Source: Rhizophagus irregularis (taxonomy: Eukaryota). Taken from it: a stretch of 64,000 bases of DNA. The notes under the pieces were generated by a model. The model worked only from the letters and a program-made list of their open reading frames with translations, made no database searches and had not been told where the DNA came from. The stretch's first letter is position 1. The number at the start of each line of letters is the position of its first letter. Both the position numbers and the translations under genes were made by a program. Positions 26,574-39,299 of this stretch are shown one piece after another. The stretch covers positions 6,386,001 through 6,450,000 of the forward strand of contig NC_089429.1 in assembly GCF_026210795.1 (NCBI RefSeq), given 5' to 3'.

Positions 26574-27149
26574 GTGCTTTTATAGGTAGTCCAGTTCGGA
26601 TAAAAAAAAATGTGTTACGTTCGGTTCTGGCGTGAATATACAATTTTAACATGGCATCATCGCACGTGACATTTATCGAGTATTCGACAAGGAACAGTAT
26701 CAATGCTTTATTTCTAAAAATAAATCATTGCCGGAAGCCGGCTTACAGTATTGTATTTATTTTGTTACAACATGTGTAAAATTTTTCTTGCCATATTTTT
26801 TATAATTTATGTTTTAAATTAATTTTTCGTCTTTAATTTTGGGCTGTAAGACGGAACAATTCCCGTTTTATTTTATTTTAAACTTTGAATATATTGGAAA
26901 ATACCCTATGAAAACTAACAGTAGTTGAATTTTTAAAAAGAAGAGAGATTTTAGATGGAGAATTAGAGAAACTTTTTAAAGTTGATTCATCTAGTCTTAT
27001 TTCTCAAATAAAAATTATTCTCAGATTATTTCAATGGTGCTGTATTTTAGCAGGTTTAAATTATTCCTAAATTCTAATTGTTGACAGTTTTAATTCTTAT
27101 TTCCAAGTAAATTTCTCCTATATAAAAGACAAAAATATTCCTAACTATC

Positions 27150-27490
27150 AGGTGCGGGTGTTGGAATATCTAGATAGATTATAACGTGAATGTCTTTTTC
27201 AGGTATGTTCTTGGAAAAACATTTGGTAATCTTAGACATTGGGTTCAACGCTTGCCCTTCAACATTTTAGGCTCGTAAAGTATTGCTTTAACACTGTCTG
27301 CATAGTTAATCGAACGGAGTTCGAATTTTGTAATCGGAATATTATCAAATAGGGGCGCGCATGCTTTTTAAATTTCTTTTCTGAGAAAATGAATAGATTC
27401 CTTGTCGTCAATCCTGACTACAGCGATATGTTGAACTCCGATAATCCCGACCAAATCACTAGGAACAGCAAAACAATTAAATAGGATTTC
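27150..27490 (-). pseudogene. Crinkler (CRN) N-terminal ubiquitin-like domain remnant
   Basis: Joined frames read EILFNCFAVPSD..IAVVRIDDKESIHFLRKEI*K..LFDNIPITKFELRSINY..GQALNPMSKITKCFSKNIPEKDIHVI. This follows the CRN header layout ending in an HVLV/IHVI motif. Confidence 0.65.
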
Positions 27491-28519
27491 TGGAATTTTG
27501 TTTTTCCTAAATATAAAGCCCAATAATGAATGGATTTCGTTTGTATGGATGCAAAGAAGTTCGAAACATTTTTCTATAAAAATAACATGTTCATATACGC
27601 ACCTTATCTTTTTCGCCGGAAGGTTGACTGAACTTCTATCTCATTGCTGTAGTCCGCAGAAAAATAAAAAGACCGAACGCTAAAGACAAGGAAGATGATT
27701 ATCATTATCATATGATGCCAAGAAACCTTTGAAGGTACATGAAATCGGAATCTTGATTCCATTTAGTTTAACGATCTCCACTGCAAGACTCAAAGTTAGA
27801 TAACTCGTGTAGATCTCGGAAATTGCGAAGTCCTCAGCCCTTCATAGCATATGGTTTTGCCGACAATATTAACATATATGGTAGGTCCTGTGTTGCAACA
27901 AAGCATTTTCACATTCCTCTCGCGTTTGTTTAGGGGAAAAGAAAAAGGTGCTAGTTAGTGTATTTATTTCTTTCGAAATTCTTCTGTAGCACAAACACAG
28001 CCAACTCACATGATTAGAAATCTCCTAGCTGATGATCGCGTAGTGTAGACCTGCTGATCACTGCTCCGGACTGACTCTTCTAACCTTTGACCTTCGGCGT
28101 TTCTGACACTTGCAAGAAACCATGTTGTTTATTAACAGCCACGTCTCGAAGTTTACATTGGTTCATGGTTTTGTTCAAATGTTTTTTGAAATGATACTAT
28201 CTTATCAACAAATTGTGTCTTCGTTAGTTTACAGGCCGTGACATTAAAGTTGGCCAGTATTTTACACATAATTTGCAGCAATATCATCATCCTCAAGTGT
28301 TTTAAGACGGGAGCTATAATCCTTAATTTTTTTCTCTAGCGCGTTAACTTTAATGGAAAGTATACTGATCATACAATCAGATAATACTTGTGTTCGGCTA
28401 CCATCCTTCCTTCGTTCTAACCGAACGTCTAAACAGATAAATGCGTTATACATACTATATCTTGTTCGAAAAAAATAAATTTCACTTCGGATGATTTCTC
28501 GGGACGCGTGTCCATATGA

Positions 28520-28801
28520 TTATTTTTTGTCAAAGAGTTTAAACGGCTTTGCTTGGTCGTAAGATTCCCCCCTTCCGCGATAATTGACTATAGTATAATT
28601 CTGCGCAGGAGAGGTGTTATTATTGGGATTGTGCCGAAGTACTTCTGGCACCATGTTCAACTACTGCGAATACTGCGCTCATTTTACGTAAATGGGAAGG
28701 AGTAAGCCATAGTGGGCTAGCTCGTCAAGGCTCATCTCTGAGCTGAACTTGTTCTCTCTCACGAACCTGGTAACGATAGCAGACATAATGTCAATCGGCA
28801 T
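28520..28801 (-). pseudogene. Internally deleted tyrosine-recombinase-like gene remnant
   Basis: ATG 28801 MPIDIMSAIVTRFVRENKF..; shifted frame TPSHLRKMSAVFAVVEHGA (from ~28703); back in the first frame EVLRHNPNNNTSPAQNYTIVNYR (LRH 28639-28631, Y 28597-28595); ends YDQAKPFKLFDKK*. Motif order matches YR box II/III. Confidence 0.5.
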
Positions 28802-28864
28802 TATGTAAGTTATTTTGTTGTATGTAGTTTATTGACAGTGGATAAAACTTCAATACGAAAAATG

Positions 28865-29150
28865 TTTACGCAAGCTGGTGGCGCTTACCTTCGCACCTTC
28901 GGCCATCAAAAAATGTTGAAGCGTTCTCCTGAAGTACTATGCTAATCATAACTTTTTTCCATTCCTCATCGGTATCGAACCAGGGTAATATTACTCCTTT
29001 ATCTTCATACTTGCGTCGAAGTATCTCCCCCTATCAAACTTTCTCGCATGTTATATCCATATGCTCATGAGGATCTTCTTCGGTTTCTTTTGCACTTTCA
29101 CACATTTGCGCATCGGCTTCAATTCTTTCGCGGTAAAATAGGGAGTTACT
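28865..29150 (-). pseudogene. Frameshifted hypothetical ORF remnant (island gene 7)
   Basis: ETEEDPHEHMDIT followed by a shifted frame MRESLIGEILRRKYEDKGVILPWFDTDEEWKKVMISIVLQEN. Confidence 0.45.
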
Positions 29151-31846
29151 CTTATCTCCAAATAACCTAACCCAAGCCGTTATAACATAATTAAATATAA
29201 GTAGTAAAACAATAGATGCTATTCTTCAAAGTGTTTGGTAAACTCTGGATTGAGGTTGCACTTTTGTTTTCATTTGCATTTCATTTTCTCTGTATGTAGT
29301 TTTATGTGCAGTAATTTTGGACAATATTTACAAGAAAAAATTTTTTTTTTGGTCATTGAATACCAAAAATTTCGTGATCAGGGCGCGCAAATTTCTGCGT
29401 AAAAATCATCTATTTCAGGCGGTTGTTATTTACATTGCAAAACAGATAAAACAAATAATTGTCTTTTTGACTTTTTCTTAACAGTTAAAGTTTATATTTT
29501 GAAAATATGGAATGAATCATTCCTTTAAGAAGATTAAAGAGTTTCAAGAAAATTTAATAAAATTTATTAATTTAATTATTAATCTCAATTGCACAGTATT
29601 TCAGATTAATATTTATAACATTAAAAATGAGTGAACAGTAGCATGGAATTTTTCGTTAAAAAGGTTAGAGTCATTTTTTGATCGAATTTACTCATTATTA
29701 CAATGAATTGGTTGGTACACCATGGACTATCGGCTTTTATCATTTCAGAAAATACAAACGTCAAAAGCATTTCTTAAAATTTCTTCCAGGTAGTTTAACA
29801 AAATTTGACTTAATTTAGGACTAACTGTTAATTGATTTTGGGGTAAATTTTTTTCTGATATTATTAAATTCTTTACCCCAATACTGTAAAGTAACCCTTT
29901 TTTGCATATAATGTCAGTTAAACATATAATGTAGGCCAAAATTGTCATAATTCTGGTAAGGTTATGGATGCTCATATTTATACCTGATCATAAATTTTGC
30001 AAAAATAAATTTATTTTTATTTATGCATATCCTTTGTTTGCATTATTTTATTTAAAAAAAATTTGTTATTTCCTTAATAATTTTTTTAATTCTAATTTTT
30101 TAGTTACACTTTTCTTTTCTCTATTAATACTAAAAAAAATTCAAAATAATATAAATTTTAATTATTGATATAATTAAAAATTGTTATCATTATATTGGTT
30201 CAATCAATTGTAATCAAAATTACTAAATGTAGAAATATTAAAGGATTCAGCCACAAGTATAAATAAAAGCATTATAGCACTGCCGCAAATATATGAATAT
30301 TGACCCGTATTTTTGCAGCACTGCCACCCATTACAGCCTGATACATTGGCGCAAGTAAAATATTTAGATGCTTAGCTTAATGTTTATTATGTAATATACA
30401 GGCTAAAGTTTTCAGAACTGCAATCGGCTATCTCTATATATTTGCCATATTCCCACATAATTTTTATTTTAAAATTTCTAACTTTTAACCTTAAATTACC
30501 AAAAAAAAAAAATAATAATAATAATATTTATTATTTATATTTTAAAACTATACTTCTCATAAACCTCACAAAATCTCATAACCTCATAAACCTTACCTCA
30601 TAAAACTTCACAATGAACCTTTACAAAATTTTTATATATATAGTGTAAAAAACTAATCTTTATCTGATTAGAAAATAATAACATATTGAAGGTCACTTAC
30701 TTATTACGTACCTACACTAATACACTATAGTGATTAAGCTTAGAATATCTTTGAACTTTTTATTAATTAGAGAAATATATAACATTCAAATCATTAATTC
30801 TTATTGACCAGTATAAAAGAGAAATGTTAGAAGCAAGCCATTTAAATAATGACCCAAATTATTGTATTCTTTGAACTCTTATAAGATGTATCATTAAAAC
30901 TTTATAAACAGGTACCATATTTAAAGAAAGCACATAATATAGGTTTACCTTATATTCTTGATCAGCCTCAACCTTATCTTCAAGATCCAAATAATAATGC
31001 AGAAGATTTGCCAACTAGCAAGTAATAATTATTAACATTAAAGATTAGAAAGTTAAAAAATAAATTTATATGGATTTTCTAATATACCTTCAGTCTTTGA
31101 ACATGAGTAATTTTCTAATATTATAAAAAATTCTTTTGATATTTACTATTAATTAAATTATATTCTATATCAGCTTTTACAAGGTATATTCAATCATATC
31201 TAAAGGACAAAATTGATCAATATATAAAACTATTAAATCCTATATATTCAACAATAAAACAGAAACAAATTTAAATTGAACATTGATCTTGAGAATTTTA
31301 AAGATGATCATAAAAAATGATCATTATTATAACATATATAACTAATTAGAATGGATGTTTGGCTAGTATATATATGAAGGTCTTATCCTAAACATACTAT
31401 ATAGTGTACAATTGAAATAACTATTAATTCTATCTGAATTGGCTAACAAAGATATACATGTACAGCCAGATTAAATCTAAGTAAAGGTGGAAAATAGTAT
31501 ATGAATTAATACTATTATATTAAATGACTAATTATATTGTTTATAGCTTATATTAATAACATTATAATACTTGCTTAAAAATGTTAAAAATGCTAAAGAG
31601 TATTACAGGCTTTTAAAAATATATTCCTTACTTAAAAATACAAAGAATCTTATTATAATTTTCTTCTTCTAATAGAGTAACTGAAAAGTACACAAGAAGA
31701 ATTAATCAACAACTATTAGAAATGACAGAAAAGTATCATGCCATAGATGAATGACTTTATCATGCTTGAACCAAATATTGGGCAATGGAAAATCAAGTAA
31801 ACTAAATAGAGTACTATAATCCTTCTATTATTGCTACTAGTTACTA

Positions 31847-32560
31847 CAGTGCAAAACCTCTATAATAGGAACCTTGCTATAGTAAAAATGGAACATACTT
31901 ATAACACTTAAATTTTTTAATCATATATAAAATTTAAATTTTAACTTAGAATATTGATATCTTCAATGTTGTTCAAGTTATATCAGGTCAAATTTGCTCA
32001 AATTAATTATAACTACCAAAATCGAGAATAATTGATGATAAATAATCAGTTTAATCTTTCTCCTTTACTTTATAGAGTCAAAAGGATTAATTGTCAACAA
32101 ATGGAAAATCGTGGTATAGTAAACATTGCTCTCTTTTTTATTAAAGATGCAAATAGAATAGATTGTTGTGCATGTAGAACTTTATTATTGCAGCCAGATT
32201 GTATCTGCAAAAATCTCAACTTCAAGGAAAGGCGTGGACATAAGTGTGTATTCTATCCTAAATATCACTGTGAATTAAATCATATAGGGTATACATGGAC
32301 AGGTTTACAACAAACTGTTCCTAAGGCATTAGATTCAGCAAAAATCGAAGATATGAACAAAAATCATGGCACTATATGGATATTTATAGAAAAGGTATTA
32401 CTGGAAAATGGCAGTTCTGATTGGCTCATGTTGTATCACGTGATGATCACATAATTATAAAAATCAATTAAATATAATTCAATTTTATTCGATTAAAATC
32501 CAATCACTGGTTCAAATTTTATTAAGGTCTCAAAGTTCCTATTATAGAGGTTCCACACTG
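31847..32560 (+). mobile_element. Tc1/mariner (IS630-Tc1) deletion derivative with transposase remnant
   Basis: TA-flanked TIRs CAGTGCAAAACCTCTATAATAGGAAC / GTTCCTATTATAGAGGTTCCACACTG. Internal ORF contains GHKCVFYPKYHCELNHI (cf. the P..ELNPIE motif). Confidence 0.85.
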
Positions 32561-32960
32561 TAGTAAACTCCATCGAATGTATCACTTCTTGAGAAATCAG
32601 CGGATGGAGAATATTTAGAAGTGAAAGTGGATACATTAAGGCAGCAAAGTTAGGATATTCAAAGTCTGCATAATCATGCCAAAATGTTAATGTTTACTAC
32701 TACCTAAAAATTATTATTTCAAAATAAAAATATGGCATTCGTTTTATTCTCACAACTAGTAAAATCCATCAAATGTATCACTTCTTGAGAAAGCAGCAGA
32801 AGGGGAATATTTAGAAGTGATCAATGCATTAGGATATTGCAATAAAATGATATCCATTTCCCAGCAGAAACTTCAGAAAATGATAAAATAGAAATAAGCA
32901 ATATATTTTTAATGCTCTTGTTATTCCAATGATTGAATATCGAGCTCAAAAGAAAAAATA
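32561..32960 (+). repeat. ~70-bp local duplication plus possible LINE fragment
   Basis: TCCATC.AATGTATCACTTCTTGAGAAA..AGC.GA.GG.GAATATTTAGAAGTGA at ~32568 and ~32764. QYIFNALVIPMIEYRAQ at ~32899-32949 resembles the post-RT region of LINEs. Confidence 0.45.
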
Positions 32961-34590
32961 TTCTGGATAATAATGATTGGGAATATCAATTAGTGGACGC
33001 CCCTGCATTTTGTTAAAGTATACAAGTTTTAATCAGTTGAATTTATAAATCTCCTGAAAAGCCTAATGGTCCGAAGTGTAGATAGAGAAATAGTATGCAA
33101 GTAATATATCTGCATGTCCTATCAAATAATTTATTTGGAATCAAGTACATACTTCTGGTTTTACATTTAGACTATTCTAAAATTTCAAAGTAATTAATTA
33201 TATATTAACAATTCAAATCTCAAATGAAACTACTGGTTCTTAATTATAGATTATTTTATTAATTTTTATGCACCATTTAAATAATTTTTTATTACATTTA
33301 TTTACTACATAATGTATAATTTTATTCTGTACCAACATATATACAAATAATATAAATTATTTCCAAATAATCGTGATTTAAATAACTTTAGCTAAATTTT
33401 ATAATTTTGCACAATATTATACTATTTACGTAATTATGATTGAATAAATTATTTTTCTAGTTTTTATCCAGAAAAACTCAGACATGTAAGCAATCTTCTA
33501 TGGATGAATAATAATGTTAATTTATTGCATAAGTTTTATCAATAATGTAAAAATTTACAAATTGTGTTAACTCATACTTTAATAGTTTTAAAACAATGTA
33601 ACAGAAGATTTAATAATAAGTAGCTTTTGCCAATTATAGTATACATTTTATTTTATTTTATGCATTGCAGCTTCTCATATTTTTTCTTTCTTTTAAGTTT
33701 CTTTTGTAGCAAAAAGTTTTCTTCAAATGTTATATTTTATAGAAGGTTACGTGTTGATTGTATAATTGTAAGCAAAATTTAAAATGGCATAGTATCCAAA
33801 GTTGATCGAGAATAATAATGTATAATTTTTCGTAATTATTAATTATTCAGTTATAGAAAAAAATATTATTTATAACCTTTCACCTTTTTTGAAAACTCTA
33901 CTAATTTAATAATTATGTGATATTTAAGAGCCATTTGTTTTAGAGAAAAAACGGGATTTTTAATATTTTTATTTTATTCTGTAAAGATTCAGTTTAAATT
34001 ATACCACAATAAAATAGGTTGTGATATTTCAGTTACAGCAGGTCATGTAAAAATTAAGCCGCACCATGTAACTTAAAGCATAAATATTTTGTCTGTATTA
34101 TATTTTTAAATTTTTCATTCGAAATATATTTTATTGGATTAATAGAGGTTATCGCAATTAATTTTAATTTTGTTATATATATATATTAATTTTAATTCTG
34201 AAATATTTTGAAATTTGAATCTATATTGAAGATTTAATAAAAGGTAATGGTATTATGAAGTTATCTCTTGTAGAATTAGAATGAATTTCTAGATTTTGTG
34301 TAAGTCACCATTTAATTATACTGTATATTCCCAAATTGAATTCATCCATTTGAAGACTATCAATTTAAACAATCATGACCAAAAAGTTTTTCTGGAATAG
34401 TAAAAAATTATTGTGAGTTTAAAAATCTTATTCGTTTAATTTTGCAGGAACACCGGCTTTAAACGTATAACGGAAGAATGGGAACTGTATTTGTTTGAGA
34501 AACGTATTAACGTTTCTTTTTTGTAGGAATTAAACTGGACTTGAGACTTTAATGGAAGATGGGTAGACAGACCAGAGCTATATATATATA

Positions 34591-34760
34591 GGGGTAAAGT
34601 GCAGCCTTACTATTAGCTCTACCGCATTTTTTAAGGGCCGAAATTATAATAATGCCAGACAGCGTCTAAACAAGGAAATAAATTCCGGCCGGCATTATCT
34701 ATAAAAGGAAAGAACTACATGATTATTTTGGTCAATTCTACGCAAACTCTTACCCTACCT
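34591..34760 (+). mobile_element. MITE-like copy of the 'GGGCCGAAATTAT' family
   Basis: Follows a (TA)n run. Imperfect terminal IR GGGGTAAAG / CTTACCC. Core shared with 8673 and 22685. Confidence 0.5.
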
Positions 34761-35499
34761 TTTTATGTATAGCTCGGGGGTCCTTGTAAAGCGAATTAAT
34801 TTCTAAATGTTCATCCATTAATTTCATTTTCAACAATTTCATTTGGTAATAAACAAGACGGTATTTGCAATTATGTTTTTAAATGTATTATATAATGTAC
34901 TAGTTAATTAATATTAATTATTATTTAGTTTATCATCAAAAAATTTAACAATTCAAATTCAATCTCTTTAAAAAGGCGAAACATTGAAGAATTAAACCTT
35001 GAAACATATGACAATAGTAGTAAATATTAATTTGGCTTATATTAGGCTTTTTTTTGAGTTTTAATTTTAATATTTTCTTAATTTCATTGATAAATTTCTT
35101 ATTATATAATTATATAGTATTCATATATAGTAACATAAATTAAAAAGTTTTTAAAATAAATTGTTAAATAAAGTAAGATAAATTTTTTAATAAAATACCA
35201 TATAAATAAATTTTAGAAATCTGAAATTATTAAAATAAAACAAATAAAACAAAAAAAAATACTAAAAAGAATTAAAATTAAAGAAATAAGAAATACCAGG
35301 ACTAAAAACTAATAATGAATTTAAAAAAATAATTATCAAGATAAAATTGATAAAATTAAATAGTATGCTAATATAGATCAAAAAGAATATTAATTATATT
35401 AATTAAACAAAGAAAATACAGTACTATAGAATAAATTAAAAAAACTGAACTATATACTAAGAAATAAGAATAAAATTTAAAAAAAAATAAAAATTTAAT

Positions 35500-36620
35500 A
35501 AAATTGTAAAATTTAATAAAAAATTTTCCAATAAATCTTCAATCAATTTTTATAAAAAAAAAAAAGATCTCTAATGAAATTCTTTATACCCTTAATTAAG
35601 ACTTCTAAACAAAATTCTCCATCAAAAAATAAAAAAATTTTTCAACAATTCTAATTCTCAATCAAAAAAATATCCCCGATTAAAGAAAAATATCTAACGA
35701 AAATCTTCCATCAAAAAACATATTTTCCCTATTAAAAAAAAATTCTCTATATCAAAAAAAAACTCCCCCTATTAAAAAAAAAAATTTACTAACGAAATGA
35801 TCTATCAAAAAAAAAAATCTTATCTATCAAAAAAAAATTCTATAATGAAATTTCTATCAAAAAAAAAAAAAAAATTCTCAGCGAAATTATTTATCTTCCT
35901 ATCAGTTTCTCTGCGGGATAAATTTGGCGGAGGATCCTTTATGATCATATGATAATCTAATAGCCAAAAGTCACGTGATAATAATTTTTTTTGTATGCTA
36001 AAAATGCAATTTACTAGCATTGGATTAAAGAAAAATTCTTTAACAAAATTCTCTATCAAAACAATCCCCCTATTAAAAAAAATTCCCAAAAGACAATCCT
36101 TCTATTAAAAAAAATTCTCTAATAAAATTCTCCGTCAAATATTACTTTCACCTATAAAAATTCTCTACCAAAAAAAAATCTCATTTGCTCTTTCTAACCA
36201 ATCTATATAAGTATTAAAACCTTTTTCAGTTGTTTCCGTCATGGTTTTCAAGTAAAAAAATCTTATTTGAATTACAATATGACTCGATAATTTAAACATG
36301 CTTTGAATAGAAAATCCTAAACGCAATACCACAAATTTTTCAAATTGCCACATGGGCAAATTTGACTTTATTTATTCCGCAACACAATTACTATTCAGCG
36401 GTAAGATGAATACCAGTGGTGTAGGGTCTACCGCATGTGTGGTGTACTTGTTAAAAAAATTTCTAACGAAATTATCTATCAAAAAAAAAAATCTCTCCTG
36501 CTGTTAAAAAAATTGTTCCAGCAAATTAGGTATATGTCAAAAAAAAAAATCTTATTAAAAAAAAATTCAATGAAATTTCTATCAAATAAATTCTTTAACG
36601 AAATTATCTATATGAAGTTT
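35500..36620. repeat. Degenerate A-rich minisatellite region (AAATTCTCTA../CTATCAAAAAAA units) with unique inserts
   Basis: Recurrent AAAAAATTCTCTAA(C/T)GAAAT..TCTATCAAAAAAA motifs, interrupted at ~35890-36020 and ~36180-36450. Confidence 0.65.
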
Positions 36621-36857
36621 AAAATTTGTTGTTGTTTTAATGAAGAGCTAAAACACTGTTCAAAATAGCTAGAAATCGGATGTCTGATTTCAGGCTGAAT
36701 TTGGTGATAAAGATGGCCAAATTATTAATCTAAAGAAAGTTCCCGTCAATATGGCTTGAGATACTTATAATAATATGAACATCAATATGGTGAGATTGAT
36801 CATATTCTAGTACTGGAAGTGGAAGAGTATTTGATAGGTATCTAAATTTTGTGATAC

Positions 36858-37080
36858 CCTTGCTTCTAGCCATTTTGTCATGGCGAAAATAATATATTTA
36901 TTTCCACTACTGGTGATTGGTAATGGTCCTTTAATTTTGATTCCTATTCTATGGAATAGTCCTTTTACTGGTATTGGTATTAATTTCTTTCGTCGATTTG
37001 AAAGTCCTCTTCTCTGGCAAATATCACATATTTTATATATTCTTTAACACCTTCTCCCATTTGTGGCCAATAATAACAAG
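36858..37080 (-). mobile_element. Gypsy/Ty3 LTR-retrotransposon integrase fragment
   Basis: YYWPQMGEGVKE/YKICDICQRRG...LIPIPVKGLFHRIGIKIKGPLPITSSGNKYIIFAMTKWLEAR: zinc-finger CxxC plus the start of the rve core. Frameshifted. Confidence 0.85.
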
Positions 37081-37376
37081 CCACATCATTTAGAGAATGA
37101 AGTGAGAGTTTAAAGTTTAAACCAGATAAGTTAATTGTAGTAATCTTAAATGTATCAAGTATTCAAATTACGAGAATCCATTTTTAATTCTTAATTACGA
37201 GCTAAAATATTAATAATAGTTAAATAAAATTTTTAATATTATAGCTTGTCTAATATGTTATAATATATTAATATATTATATTTGCCTTCGGAGTTGAGAT
37301 TCTTTTGTACAACTTAAAACTAGTTAATAATTTGAGAATAACTGTAATTTGTATTTCATCGATGCCTTCGGTGTAT

Positions 37377-37506
37377 ATGTTGTGCGTCAAATGCTAATTT
37401 GCGTCAGATGACGGCTGCTTGGTAATGCTAGCCAACCTACTTAAGGCATTATAATATTGAGCAATATTGGCCGATAATGTAGGCGCGTCATCTACCGCAC
37501 AACATA
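37377..37506. mobile_element. MITE with TGTTGTGCG termini, copy A
   Basis: ATGTTGTGCG...CGCACAACAT TIRs in TA context. Core CTTAAGGCATTATAATAT...GCCGATAATGTAG. Confidence 0.75.
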
Positions 37507-37674
37507 TACATATTATTAATTTGACCACATGATGTTACGATGTAAAGTTAGTACGGAATATCAAATAGTACAGGAAATTTTAATTTTTTTTTTTTTAAGC
37601 GTCTGTACTAATTTGTATTACCATACTGTACTAATTTACTATATACTCATTATTTGATGATTCACTATTTACAG

Positions 37675-38720
37675 CTTATGATCATCCTAGATCTCCAATT
37701 TCCCAATCATCATTTAACGTTCTATTATCTTTTGGATCAAATAATATGTTTCCACTATGGAAGTCTCGATGTATAAATTCAATTTATTATGAATAGTTTC
37801 AAGTCTAAAAATATAAAAAAATTAAATTTAAAGAAAATTAATAAATATATAAAAATATAAATACCCCATTGAAATTTGATGTAAAATACGTAATTTTTGT
37901 TTATTCCATGTAATACTTGCAAAATCCTTCTGCAAATGCTTTATGTAAATCCTCTCCTGATGCATATTTCATAACTGATATATAATCCTATCCATTATTT
38001 TGTTTTGCTTTTTTCTTTAAATATAGACTCTAATATATTATCTGGTACAAAATATTTATTAATGTTTTTTACAATATTTTCAAATTCAGCTAACTTCAAA
38101 TTATAAAAATCATCGCATGTTATAAGATTATTATTAAAAAGAAAATCATCAAAATTACTATTTATGAGCGATATTCTTTTGCATTTTTTTACATTAAGAT
38201 TGATCCGCAGGTCCAAAAAAAAATGTTTGTCATTAAACAATATCTACATCCAAAATAAAATATAAAACAATTTGCACAATACTTTTGACAGTCTGATGTA
38301 AATATTAATTTTGATCCACAAACATCACACCAAGGTCTATTATGCCACCATGGTAAGTAAAGAATTGGATGATTCTATCAATCCAGAAGAAATTAGATAA
38401 CAATCTGAGCATAATTTAATTTGCGTTTTATCATACATTTTCTTGATATAATGACTTTCCACATAATTTACAATTTTTTCCACTTTCAATCACCTTATTG
38501 TATAAAGTGATGTTGTTTTATCAGTTCCATAATAACTAGTATTACTATATTCATTTATTTGTTTAAAACATAAAATTATTCTTGAATGCTTTGTGGTACT
38601 TTGTCCCACTTATTACATTAAAATCACCTGTAATAATTACAATAGATATTCTAATCCAAAAGGAAGAATTTGTTTTAAATTTTGTAGTACTCTTTAATTA
38701 AATAAATTAATCTCAGTTTC
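37675..38720 (-). pseudogene. Protein kinase (TKL-like) pseudogene with Cys-rich N-terminal region
   Basis: EFIHRDFHSGNILF (HRD at 37771-37763), WEIGDLG*, MKYASGEDLH, an intron within the Gly codon of MGLETI, and upstream CDVC/CANC/CRYC/CKKC pairs. Stops, frameshifts, truncated. Confidence 0.85.
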
Positions 38721-39299
38721 ATAAATTAATTATTGATGAATATCAGCCAAAGATCAATTAACAATTGATCAAAAATTAATGGATCAGAAAACTTTTTTTT
38801 CATATGATCAAATATTCTTTATGTTGGTTAAATTTACTAGCCAAGATATTTAAAATGTTAATAAAAAATTTCATTACAATTAAATGGAATGCTCTGAAGT
38901 TTAACTTCATTGATGGAGAAATAAGTAATCTTTGAAAATTCTAAGAAAAATCTTGCCTTGAATTTCATTTATTCGTCAATATGGCATGATAGTTACTATA
39001 TAATTTAATTATTCATTGTTCTATATTTCGCATGTTCTGAAACTATTTACTATATCGCAGATGCTAAAGAAAAAATTATTATGATTTGTATATTGATAGA
39101 TTTAGCAACAATTAAAGTAGGATACTATGTATTAAGCAGATGAAAAAAAGCCGAATTCATACGGATTGTCAACATTTAAAATTGTCTATTTACATGTATG
39201 ACTAAAATCAAAAAAATTAAGAACCAATCCTAAATCAATTTTCATCCTTACCTAAGCCAATGACCAACTCTAAGGTTTTATTAATTCTATTTTAAACTT

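Noticed and set aside
24998..29380. Possible terminal inverted repeat for the island (TCACGAAAT / ATTTCGTGA)
   Set aside because: Only ~9 bp match and no TSD; too weak to call.
30530..31840. Possible degenerate transposase upstream of the Tc1 element
   Set aside because: No diagnostic motif could be read.
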